From Dendrobates tinctorius (Eukaryota): a stretch of 64,000 nt of DNA. This document shows positions 37,726 to 56,464 of the stretch, piece by piece. The position numbers and the translations under genes were made by a program. Within the stretch, counting starts at the first letter, position 1. Every line of letters begins with the position of its first letter. The notes beneath the pieces were generated by a model. It saw nothing but the letters and a program-made list of their open reading frames with translations, was not told the origin of the DNA and did not search any database. The stretch spans positions 67,828,001 to 67,892,000 of the forward strand of contig NW_027361696.1 in the NCBI RefSeq assembly GCF_039654945.1. Direction: 5' to 3'.

Positions 37726-37955
37726 TTTTATAAATCGCGGCATACCGCGGCTTATTGCCGTTTCCGGTTGCCCCGTTCAGTACTTCCGGTTTGCGCATGA
37801 CGCCGGCATCTGCTCAGGAAACTTGCCCCACTTCCTGGGTTTTCCTAAACAGGCGCCGCGCGTCATGTTGGGACAGGAACCGACCCTACCCTGCCCCACT
37901 TCCTGGGCGTAACCGGGCCTGTCGGTCTGCATATCAAAATATTGCGTGATTGGTC
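37726..37955 (-). promoter_or_regulatory. Putative Pol II promoter inside the Penelope pseudo-LTR (second copy at 33209-33438)
   Basis: TATAAAA on the - strand ~45 nt before the hammerhead, preceded by four ETS-like C(C/A)GGAA sites and a CCAAT in a CpG-rich patch. Confidence 0.55.
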
Positions 37956-39035
37956 TACGCAGTCACCTGACCATCACGTACCATTAGGAGCCGCTCACTT
38001 TGTTTTACTACATCAATCTAATAGTGCGGCTTCATTTACTCAATCACAAAATGTTGATTGCGTCCCCCTATCATTACTTATACGGGATCTGAATTATTAA
38101 GTCATTTTATGATTGCATAGGCGTTATGAATCAGTACAAAACGCCAACACCCATATTATGGACATTGTCAAGGATTATCTTGTGAATAAAAACAAATTCT
38201 TTACCCCATCGTAGGGAAAGAAACAGAAAAAAGAAAAAGAAAAATAATCAGGGTACCATCTGCAAATTATGTATAATGTGGAATTTGTTCAATTATTTTG
38301 TTGCATGCATTCTGGGGTTTTCAGATGGACCTTACCTGATCATCCGCTATTTATAGAAGCGTCCAAAGATAAGTACAGCGGTTTCAGTTTCTACAGTGGT
38401 ATCATAAATAGATATAAATTGCTGATGAGGTGATTTTATGTTTATGCATTTGACCGGTGCTGTACACACGCTATGCTATTTGTATACGGGCTGAGTATAT
38501 GTCTAACAAGTAATAATTCTGATGACATAAAGGCCCTTTGGCATATGAATATATATGTATAAGGCCCATATGGTCGGAGAGTCCAGGTAAATATTTGGAC
38601 AAGAAATACGATAATGTCTAGGGCCATATGGTACCTCATAAAGTACATAACGGTTTGTTTTTAAATAGAGCACTACACAATTGCACTTTGGCACATGTTT
38701 GTCTAGATTTGATGCATGGTTTTTAAGGAATCATTAAAGGTTATGTTTTATAGTTCTATTAAAGGGAACATTGGTATGCAAGTCAAGGCAAATCCATCCA
38801 GCGCTCTGGTTCAGATCCCAGGCTTTCTTAAAGGGATCCCTGGTATTGAAGTTAAGATAAATCCCTCAGCGCTCTGATTCTCAACCCAGGCTTCTATAAA
38901 AGGGATCATTGGTATGGAAGTCAGGGAAAATCCACTCAGCGCTCTGGTTCTGACGCCAGGCCTCTCTTAAAGAGATCCCCGGTATGGAAGTTAGGACCGT
39001 TCCACTCAGTGCTCTGGTTTTGACCCCAGGCTGAA

Positions 39036-39740
39036 GGGATGTGAAATATTAGGGGTAGCAGTCCGGTGGCTCTGGCTGACGAGATGATGCGGGATATTAG
39101 GGGTAGTAGTCCAGTGGCTCTGCCTGATGTGCAATATTAGGGGTAGGATTCCGGTGGCTCTGATGGGATTATGTGGGTTATTAGTCCAGTGGCTCTGGCT
39201 GAAGTGACGATGAGGGATATTATAGTGAATGTGGCTATGTAAAGTGGATGGGGCTCTACAAGCAGACACTGACTGGGTGGGAGAAATCTAGCATCCCTGG
39301 AAGCATAAGCTCCCAGCCATTGTCTGCCCCCCAAAACGGATGAGAGCACATGACAAATGAATCCCCCCTCCCGTGCCCATATACACACACCTCACACATC
39401 CTCTATCCCATGCAGGCACATCTTCCCTCTTAAATGGATAATTGGTATGGAAGTCAGAGCAAATCCAGCGCTTTTGTTTTGACCCCAGGCTTCTGTTTAA
39501 GGGATCCCTGGTATGGAAGTTAGGACCGTTCCACTCAGCTCAGTGGTTCTGACCCCAGAGTTCCATTAAAGGGATCTCCGGTATGGAATTCAGGGCAAAT
39601 CCATCCAGTGCTTTGGTTCTGACACCAGGCTGACGGGATGTGGGATATTCGTGGTAGTAGTCCAGTGGCTCTGGCTGATGTGGGATATTAGGGGTAGTAG
39701 TCCGGTAGCTCGGGCTGACGTGGGATATTATAGTGAATGC
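39036..39740. repeat. ~40-bp GGGATATTAGGGGTAGTAGTCCRGTGGCTCTGGCTGA satellite (39036-39232, 39633-39740) flanking a second 70-bp block (39435-39630)
   Basis: Direct inspection; paralogous blocks at 49937-50275, 50680-51010 and 51011-51090. Confidence 0.8.
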
Positions 39741-40251
39741 GGCGCTCTACAATCAGCTTTATATCTATATAATCATAATTTGTTATAACTAACCGTAGTT
39801 GTTTGTGCTCAGGCAGCGCTGGGCTCCTCAGCTGGTTTTAAATAACTGATGTATAAAATTAAGCAATTGTGAGCATTTCTGGATATTTATTTTTTTTGTT
39901 TTATATACTCATGTGAACTTTGCCTTAGGGTATGTGCCAACCGTTTGCCATTGACTTTTCTGGCAGCAAAACCCCTCCCCAATCACTGATCAATTGCTTC
40001 ACCCCCTTCCCCCCCCCCAATGTGCTTAATAATCACACATTTGAAGGCTACCTCTGCATAAACTAGAGATTTGACACATGCTGAAATGCAGAAAGATTTT
40101 ATTGGAAAGCTTGCTGACAAGCACAGTCATGTCTGATCGGGGAACGAAGATCACATCAGGTTTGAGAAGCCCAGCATCTCAGGGGGCATTAGTTATTCCA
40201 GATGGACAAGGAGATGCAGACTAGACTGGTGGTATCCAGGAAGGAGACATC

Positions 40252-43281
<3,030 letters not shown>

Positions 43282-43374
43282 TGCTGCTTCTTGGTGGTTT
43301 TAGTGGCGCAAAAAGGTTGCAAAAGTCTTCAGGTATTGAAGAGCTGAGAGTCTGGAGCCGAGGACTCGGAGAGG

Positions 43375-43404
43375 GTTCCGTTCAAGCACTGTTGACGCAA
43401 GAAC
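43375..43404 (-). promoter_or_regulatory. IRE of ferritin copy 2 with a U->G change at 43396 (upper-stem mismatch)
   Basis: GUUCU-UGC-GUCAA-CAGUGC-UUGAA-C-GGAAC, versus UUCAA in copies 1 and 3. Confidence 0.92.
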
Positions 43405-43453
43405 TCTGCTCAGAGTCAGGGATCGTCTGCTCTCCGCACCCTGGAGCTCGGGA

Positions 43454-43518
43454 TTTATAGGCTGGGGAGGGGAGTGACGTCATCTGTGTGCAGCCAATCA
43501 CAGCCAGAGATCGGGCGG
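43454..43518 (-). promoter_or_regulatory. Ferritin copy 2 core promoter
   Basis: TATAAA 43454-59, TGACGTCA 43475-82, CCAAT 43494-98, GGGCGG 43513-18. Confidence 0.85.
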
Positions 43519-43582
43519 AGCGTCCTGCAGGCGGCGTGCACACTCCCTCCTCTGCCAGCTGGGGTCACACACAGGCACCTAA

Positions 43583-43936
43583 GGCTGTGTGCACACGTTG
43601 CGGATTCCGCTGCGGTTTTTTCCGCGCGGAAACGCAGGTAAAGTGACCTGCGGTTTTCCTGCGGTTTGGTCTGCGGTTTTGCCCTGCGGTTTCACACCTC
43701 TACACCTCTACTATGTTAAAGGTGTGAAACCGCTGCGGAAACTGCACAAACAATTGACATGCTGCGGTTTGAAAATCGCAGCAAAACCGCGCGGAAAAAA
43801 CCGCACCGTCAGCACAGCGTTTTTGAAACCCCATAGGGTTTCATTGTACTGTACTTGGTCAACGGAACTGCTGCGTTTCCACAGCGGCAAAAACGATGCG
43901 GAAACGCAGCAGAATCCGCAACGTGTGCACACAGCC
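43583..43936. mobile_element. TAA-target MITE ~125 bp upstream of the copy 2 TATA box (ortholog at 56465-56822)
   Basis: TAA|GGCTGTGTGCACACGTTGCGGATTC...GAATCCGCAACGTGTGCACACAGCC|TAA; empty site CTAAGGGAAC at ~10950 in copy 1. Confidence 0.88.
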
Positions 43937-45399
43937 TAAGGGAACATTTCTAGGGTCACATTACTGAAAGTCAAGAGTTTTTTCCAAACGCTTTACAAAA
44001 TTGCAAGAAAGTGCATGACTAGCAATCCCCTAATCTGTAATACTAATTATTATTGTTATTGCATTCATTCATGACGGTGCGCCGTGCGCGCCAAAATCGA
44101 ACTTTTCTGATTTTGGCGCGCACGGCGCACCGTCAAAAGTGCGCAGCGCAGGTCAAAGCGCAACTAGCGCACGGCCTGCGCACGATCTGCGCACCCTATG
44201 CTAAAGATAGGGTGCGCCGATCGCAGGCGCCGCTGTCCGCTAGGAGGCGGCGCTACAAGCAAGGGGCGGGCACGCCGGGCAGAGAGCCGGCTCGGGGGCG
44301 GAGCTACCCCCGGCCGTGCGTGCGCTTAAAAAGCGCTAATGTGAAACCGCAGGGCAAAACCGCAGACCAAACCGCAGGAAAACCGTAGGTCACTTTACCT
44401 GCGGTTTTACCTGCGTTTTCGCGCGGAAAAAACGCAGCGGAATCCGCAACGTGTGCACATAGCCTTAAATGTCAGGTCTCATTATTATCCATTGTGTGTT
44501 CAGTGCAGATCTTCCAAGGTGAAATCTGAAGCATTTATTCTGCACTTTTTTTTTTGTACCCTCCGGAGACTCAACAAAATTTAAATCCCTATTTAAATTA
44601 AAGGGAAAAAATCTGCAGCACAAAACCTGCGTTTTTGGAACAGAAATTGACGTTATGCGGATTTATTAAAAATAAAGAAGCCAATTTCCTCTTGGGTTCC
44701 GGCAAAAAAAAAAAAACCCCAAAACATTGGGAGTCATAATATGGCATCCGTGCACTTTTATTGGGCCGTACTGGACATCCGTGTGTCCCTGATGTCACAG
44801 ATTTTTTTTACCTTGCCATTTTATATTAATCCAACAGACAAAGGCCATGGCAGTTAGGATTTAGTCTCAGGGCTCCCGCAGACGTGCGGACCACCGCAGC
44901 TCTCCCGACCCGAGCAAGACCCTTGTTGTATTGAAGAACTGAAACAAAGTAACTTTTCGATGATATTCTGATTTTGTGAGAAGCAGCTGTATATACAGAC
45001 GATTTCTAGCATGGATTATAATAAATCACTGACCGCTGTGTAATAATGCAGCTATGGAATCTTCGTGAGATGTCCTGCACTCGCCTTAGGGCGTGAAAAC
45101 ATTTTGTGGCAGTTAGGCTATGTGCACACGGTGCAGATTCTGCTGCGGATTTTTCCGCCCGGATTTGCTGCAGGTTACAATCTGCAGCATGTCAATTGTT
45201 TGTGCGGAATCCGCTGCGGTTTCACATCTCCTCCATTGTAGAGGTGTGAAACTGCAGGTAAACAGCAGGACTTTTTGACCTTCGGTTTTTACAAAATCCG
45301 CACAGAAAATTCCGCACCACCGAAAACTACGTGTGCACGTAGCCTAAATTGGGTTCTTTGCACAATTATGAGAGGTTCTCTTCACTCCTGGATGTAATC

Positions 45400-45586
45400 A
45401 TGACTCAGCGGGGAGTGCACAGATGACAAGAGCGGCATGACTAGGCAGAAATGGAGAGCACAATAGTGGAAGTGGGGAGGGACACTGACGGTGCTGCATG
45501 TCCTAGTGATTGAGCAGGAAACTACTGATTCCCCGCAGCCGTCACGAGTTTTACCCAAACCAGAATTGTAGCATTTATCTGTATAT
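45400..45586. promoter_or_regulatory. Tandem ARE module upstream of ferritin copy 2
   Basis: ATGACTCAGCG 45400-10, ATGACTAGGCA 45437-47, GTGATTGAGCA 45506-16. Confidence 0.7.
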
Positions 45587-45606
45587 AAAATATGCAACGA
45601 GTCTAA

Positions 45607-46159
45607 GGGCCCCGCCACACATAGCGACTCACCAGCGATCCCGACAACGATATCAACTTGTCAGGATCGCTGGTGAGCCGCCAAACAGAAAGCTTCACCA
45701 GCGATCAGCGACGCCGAGCGGGTGTGTCACTGTGTATGTTAGTTACCAGCGCGCTGATACAGGGAGCTGGTAACCAAGGTAAACATCGGGTTTCTAAGCA
45801 GCGCGTGTCGCTTAGAAACCCGATGTGTACCTTGGTTACCAGCTCCCTGTATCAGCGCGCTGGTAACTAAGGTACACAGGTTTCTAAGCGACGCGCGCTG
45901 CAGAAACCCTGCATTTACCTTAGTTACCAGCGCGCTGATCTCCCGCCTGTCACACGCAGCGATGCGTGCTGGCCAGCGGGAGACCAGCGATCAAAAAAAT
46001 GTCCAGGGCTTTCCAACAACGATCAGCGATACCGGCAGGGGGGCTGGTCGCTGATAGCTGTCACACACAGCGACCTCGCTGGTGAGATCGCTGTTGCATC
46101 ATAAAACTTGTGACTCAGCAGCGATCTCGCTAGCGAGATCACTATGTGTGACGGGGGCT
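45607..46159. mobile_element. CGATC-rich TAA-target MITE (paralog at 58657-59120)
   Basis: TAA|GGGCCCCGCCACACATAG...CTATGTGTGACGGGGGCT|TAA; internal TGGTAAC/GTTACCA palindromes. Confidence 0.75.
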
Positions 46160-49100
46160 TAATTGTATTGATGAAAGATCATTAATAAAAAATAATAATA
46201 TATTTATTTTTGCCACCATAAAAATAATCGTTAGGGCTCATTCAGGCATGCGTTTTTCATGCACATGTTCTAGCTTTGATTTTCACTAACAGAACACGTA
46301 TCCATTATAACCTATGGAGGTTTTCACGTTTGGGACCCTTTTACATTGTCCGTTTTCCTCCCACTAATAAATGCTCTCAGATGAGGTTGCAAAAACCTGG
46401 TGGCAGAGTCTCATTAATTTCTGTAATATATTAGCTAAGGTTGTGGGGATATCATATTACCAGCGATAACAACATGAAGACACGGGATATTTGGATCAGC
46501 ATTATTCTAAAGTCCCCGTCTCACATAGCGAGATCGTTAACGAGATCGCTGAAACGTCACCGATGTTGTGATGCAACAGCGACCATGCCAGCGATCTCAC
46601 TACGTATGACACGTAGCGGCGACCAGGCCCCAACTGCGATGTCGCTGATCCTGTTTGATTGTCCTGGGCGGGAGTCGTCAGAATCGCTGCTGTGTGACAA
46701 GGTCCCAACGACCCGCTGAGGTCGTTATACAGATCGTTGGATCGTTGCTGCGTCGTTGGGTAAATCTGCCTGTTTGACGGCTTACTAGCGACCATGTAGC
46801 GACGCACCAGCGATCCTTACCAGGTCGTATTGTTGTTGGGATCGCTGGTGCGTCACTTAGTGTAACGGTACTTTAAGGAAGGAAGACAAATCGGCAAATT
46901 CAAGTAAACAGGGTAACACAATAAGTATTAAGGACTAATGCACTTAATATTTACCCAAGTGTAATTTATACTCTATCCGTTGTTCCCCAACAGTTCATGT
47001 TTTTAGGATTTCCTTAGTAGGGCCCAGGTGATAATTGCAGTACCTGCACAGGCAATAATTCCATCACCTGGGCAATACTAATGAAATCCTGAAAACATGA
47101 CCGGTTGGTGGCTCTTGAGGACTAGAGTTGGGGAACACTGCGAGTCTATCCTTATGACAACATCCCGTACTGACTGGGAGGTGTAAAAATGAAATGTTAG
47201 GCTGGGGTCACACTGCGTTATGGCAGTCCGTTAGACGGACTGCATTACACGGCGGTATAACGCGGTGTAACGCAGTTGGTTAACGCTGCCATTAACCCCC
47301 ATTATCGGGTGCATCGCTATCGCATGACATAATCGATGTGCCATCATTCTGTGACGGAGTCTCGGACGCGGGCTGCAGAGTCTGGGGCTCCGTCACCGCT
47401 AGCACAGATGAAGCATCTGCGCTAGCGGTATAGTATAATGCAATCGCGCTATGCTATAGTGTTAACGCAGCCCGTCAACGCTATGCGTGGAACGAGCTGC
47501 CTTAACGCAGTATGAACCTGGCCTTACCCGACGGCTCAGTGTGCCATGACCGTGGTTGTAAGTGTCATGTCCAAATAACAAGAGTCAGCATGGAATTAGA
47601 TAACCAGCCACCAATATCAACTTTCCTGGCACCAACACCTCGACTATAAATTGATGCTAGTTTTTTTGCTCACTGATATTGGTAGGAAAATGGTGACGTT
47701 ATAGTTGACCTACAGAAAAATAGAAAACTTAAATCCCTAACTAACACCATCAGGATTTAAAGGGTTTGTCCCATAAACAATTCACAGGTTAGAAAGAAAA
47801 TATACGATTGCTGGGGTACAGAGGTTCCAAAATTCTGTGTGAATAGAGTACATTCACTTTTAAAGGCAGTGAAAGGAACAGTGATGGGTAATGGTCCCAG
47901 CAGCCTGTCCTTTCAAAGATCAGACCACCAGGATATGAAATTTCCATTTATTTACAGGACAACTTTTATGTTCACTGCCAGAATGTGAAAGGTTCAACTA
48001 CTAGTGGTTCAGGATTCCTGCTGCACCAAGGAGGAGGAGGTAGAGAATATGGGGTCTGTGCTCTTCAGAAATTTGGGTAACTGTGGTTTAGGCCGGGGTC
48101 ACATTTGCGAGGAGTACGGATGAGTGCTATGTGATAAAACATTGCATAGCACTCAGACTATTAATCTATGGGGCAGCTCCCATAAATTTTAATTTTCCAG
48201 CCTGTATATACCTATCCTAAAGTCATATTGTAGATATCGGACATCAGAACCTGGTGTCATATCCTCAGCAATTCAGAGGGTTGGCTTTGCTTTTGTGCAC
48301 AATGCTGAGCCATGTTCAGTGAGTCATTAAAGCAACATACAAAGACTACAGTACAGCCTCTGTGTGCCATGAGATCATGATGTATGTATATAGGTGTATG
48401 GCAGATACGAGTCACTGAGACTTCTTGGCTCGGTGATGTAAGTCCTTGAAGAATAGTCTACTCTATGTATATTGCCATCCCTTATTACACAGTACCATGT
48501 GTGACACTGTACACAAAATACCATAATAAGGGATTGCCCAATAAATAACTAGAGAGGATGATACATAAGGGACACCCCTTCCAGCAATATCCCCCATACT
48601 GGGCCCTTTCCTAGGATAACGTATCTCACCCTTGCCTCCTTCTAGGAATATATGCCCCCCCATCCTGATATAAATGTCCCACAACCTGCTATAATGTGAC
48701 CTGTTTTGTAATACATTAAAAACAAAATACTGTTCACCCTCCCCATGCGTCCTCTTCTACAGCCTTTGTGGGAGCTGGCAGTAGACTTTGCATCCCCATC
48801 ATGGCACAAAGCATCACTGCCATGCGCCCCAGTCAGGTGCACGCCGACGTCAGCTTCCGGCCTCTGATCGGCCAGCAGTGTGTATTGCAATGCAGGGAGG
48901 TGACTGGTTCTCTGCAATACATTTCATCTAAATGTGCATCCGAGGACACATAGCAAACCGAAGTAGTCGTCGCTGGTGACGGGCCCCTGTACAGCTGCAC
49001 CGCCGTAGCATTAGTGCATAAAAAAAAAAACACGACTGAATCTGTGCTTGCGAAGGGTGTGTGTGTGTGTGTATCACCAACCAATCACGAAGCATCTTTC

Positions 49101-49384
49101 ATTTCACCAGAGCTGTTCAAAAGAAGCTGAGCTGTGATTGGTTGCTATGAGCAACAGTTTTCCTTGCAACCAATCACTAAGCATCTCTCATTTCACCTGA
49201 GCTGGTTATAAGAAGCCAAGCTGTGATTGGTTGCTATGAGCAAGTTTTCCCACTTGACAACACCTCAGCAGACACTAACATGGTGGGAGAAATCTAGCAT
49301 CCCCGGGAACATAAGCTCCCAGCCATTGTCTGCCCCCCAGAAAGGAGTACAGAGCACATGACAGAAATGAATCCTCTCCTCCCG

Positions 49385-51090
49385 TGGATCATTGGTATGC
49401 AAGTTAGGGCAAATCCACTCAGCATTTTGGTACTGACCCCAGGCCTTTCTTAAAGGGATCTCCGGTATGGAAGGCAGGGCAAATCCATCCAGTGCTTTGG
49501 TTCTGACCCCATGTCTCGCTTAAAGGGATCCTCGGTATGGAAGTCAGGGCAATTGCCTTCAAATGCTCTGGTACTGACCCCAGGCTCTCTTAAAGGGATC
49601 TCCTGTACGGAAGTTAGGGCAAATCCCTCAGCGCTCCAATTCTGACCCCAGGGTTCTATTAAAGGGATCATTGGTATGCAAGCCAGGGAAAATCCATCCA
49701 GCGCTCTGGTTCGGATCCCAGGCTTTCTTAAAGGGATCCCCGGTATGGAAGTTAAGGTAAATCCCTCAGCACTGATTCTCAACCCAGGCTTCTATAAAAG
49801 GGATCATTGGTATGGAAGTCAGGGCAAATCCACTCAGCGCTCTGGTTCTGGCGCCAGGCCTCTCTTAATAAAGGGATCCCCGGTATGGAAGTTAGGACCG
49901 TTCCACTCAGCGCTCTGGTTCTGACCCCAGGCTGAAGGGATGATGTGAAATATTAGGGGTAGTAGTCCGGTGGCTCTGGCTGACGAGATGATGCGGGATA
50001 TTAGGGGGATAGTCCAGTGGCTCTGGCTGACGAGATTATGCGGGATATTAGGGGTAGTAGTCCAGTGGCTCTGGCTGATGTGCGATATTAGGGATAGTAT
50101 TCCGGTGGCTCTGATGGGATTATGTGGGATATTAGTAGTAGTCCGGTGGCTCTGGCTGACATGGGATATTAGGGGAGGGGAAGTATTCTGGTGGCTCTGG
50201 CTGACGGGATGATGTGGGATATTATGGGGTAGTAGTCCGGTCGCTCTGGCTGAAGGGACGATGGATATTACAGTGAATTTGGCTATGTAAAGTCGGTGGG
50301 GATCTACACTCTGCTATATATATATATAGATATAATTTTTTATAACTGTAGTTGCTTACTATGCCCAGGCAGCACCAGGCTCTTCAGCTAGTCTCTATAT
50401 ATAAAACTGAATTTATGTGTGTATCACCAACCAAATTACAAAGCATCTTTCATTTCACCAGAGCTGTTCAAAAAGAAGCTGAGCTGTGAGTGGTTGCCAT
50501 GAGCAAGTTTTCCCACTTAACACCTCAGCAGACACTGACCGGGTTGGAGAAACCTAAGCTCCCAGCCATTGTCTGCCCCCCCAAAACGGATGAGAGCACA
50601 TGACAAATGAATCCCCCCTTCCGTGCCCATGTACACCTCACACATCCTCTATCCCATGCAGGCACATCTTCCCTCTTAAATGGATAATTGGTATGGAAGT
50701 CAGAGAAAATCCAGCGCTTTTGTTTTGACCCCAGGCCTCTGTATAAGGGATCCCTGGTATGGAAGTTAGGACCATTCCACTCAGCGGTTCTGACCCCAGA
50801 GTTCTATTAAAGGGATCTCCGGTATGGAATTCAGGGCAAATCCATCCAGTGCTTTGGTTCTGACCCCAGGCTCTCTTAAAGGAATCTATGGTATGGAAGT
50901 TAGGGTAAATCCACTTTGTGCTCTGATTCTCACCCCAGGCTTCTATTGAAGGGATCATTGGTATGGAAGTCAGGACAAATTCACTCAGTGCTCTGGTTCT
51001 GACACCAGGCTGACGGAATGATGTGGGATATTAGTGGTAGTAGTCCAGTGGCTCTGGCTGACGGGATGATGTGGGGTATTATAGTGAATG
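49385..51090. repeat. 70-bp and ~40-bp satellite blocks of unit B
   Basis: TAAAGGGATC recurs at 49451, 49521, 49591 and 49660. Confidence 0.85.
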
Positions 51091-51594
51091 CGGCGCTCTA
51101 CAATCAGCTTTATATCTATATATAATCATAATTTGTTATAACTAACCGTAGTTAGTTTATGCCCACACAGCAACAGGCTCCTCAGCTAGTTTTAAATAAA
51201 TGTATAAAATTAAGCAATTGTGAGCATTTCTGGGTGTTTATTTTTTTGTTTTATATACTCATGTGAACTTTGCCTCAGGGTATGTGCCAACCGTTTGCCA
51301 TTGACTTTTCTGGCAGCAAAATACAAACCCCCCCCAATCACTGATCAATTGCTTCCCCCCCAATGTGCTTAATAATCACACATTTGAAGGCTACCTCTGC
51401 ATAAACTAGAGATTTGACACATGCTGAAATGCAGAAAGATTTTATTGGAAAGCTTGCTGACAAGCACAGTCACGTCTCATCGGGGAACAAAGATCACACC
51501 AGGTATAAGAGAAGCCCAACATCGCAGGGGGCATTACATTTCAGATGGACAAGGAGATGCAGACTAGACTGGTGGTATCCAGGAAGGAGACATC

Positions 51595-56163
<4,569 letters not shown>

Positions 56164-56256
56164 TGCGGCTTCTTGGTGGTTTTAGTGGCGCAAAAAGGTT
56201 GCAAAAGTCTTCAGGTATTGAAGAGATGCGAGTTTGGAGCCGAGGACTCGGAGAGG

Positions 56257-56286
56257 GTTCCGTTCAAGCACTGTTGAAGCAAGAAC
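56257..56286 (-). promoter_or_regulatory. IRE, canonical, 5'UTR of ferritin copy 3
   Basis: Identical to the copy 1 IRE. Confidence 0.97.
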
Positions 56287-56335
56287 TCTGCTCAGAGTCA
56301 GGGATCGTCTGATCTCCGCACCCTGGAGCTCGGGA

Positions 56336-56400
56336 TTTATAGGCTGGGGAGGGGAGTGACGTCATCTGTGTGCAGCCAATCACAGCCAGAGATCGGGCGG
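56336..56400 (-). promoter_or_regulatory. Ferritin copy 3 core promoter
   Basis: TATAAA 56336-41, TGACGTCA 56357-64, CCAAT 56376-80, GGGCGG 56395-400. Confidence 0.86.
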
Positions 56401-56464
56401 AGCGTCCTGCAGGCGGCGTGCACACTCCCTCCTCTGCCAGCTGGGGTCACACACAGGCACCTAA

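Larger units (their letters stand above)
32585..38752 (-). mobile_element. Penelope-like retroelement (Neptune-type), partial tandem with inverted 5' pseudo-LTR, very recent
   Basis: Near-identical direct repeats 32584-33795 / 37101-38310; inverted partial repeat 38309-38756; 15-bp TSD GTTCTATTAAAGGGA (32570-84, 38753-67); empty site at ~49653-49667. Confidence 0.95.
31395..39031. repeat. 70-bp satellite array, split by a MITE (31534-32436) and the Penelope element (32585-38752)
   Basis: Unit TAAAGGGATCTCCGGTATGGAAGTCAGGGCAAATCCA..CAG..CTCTGGTTCTGACCCCAGGC..CT; uninterrupted paralog at 49385-49932. Confidence 0.85.

Noticed and set aside
32584-38310. LTR retrotransposon suggested by 1.2-kb direct repeats
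   Set aside because: No TG..CA ends, PBS/PPT, protease or integrase; RT plus GIY-YIG and hammerheads identify a Penelope-like element.
49385-50275. CRISPR-like regular repeats
   Set aside because: Units are contiguous degenerate copies with no unique spacers; eukaryotic context and no cas genes.
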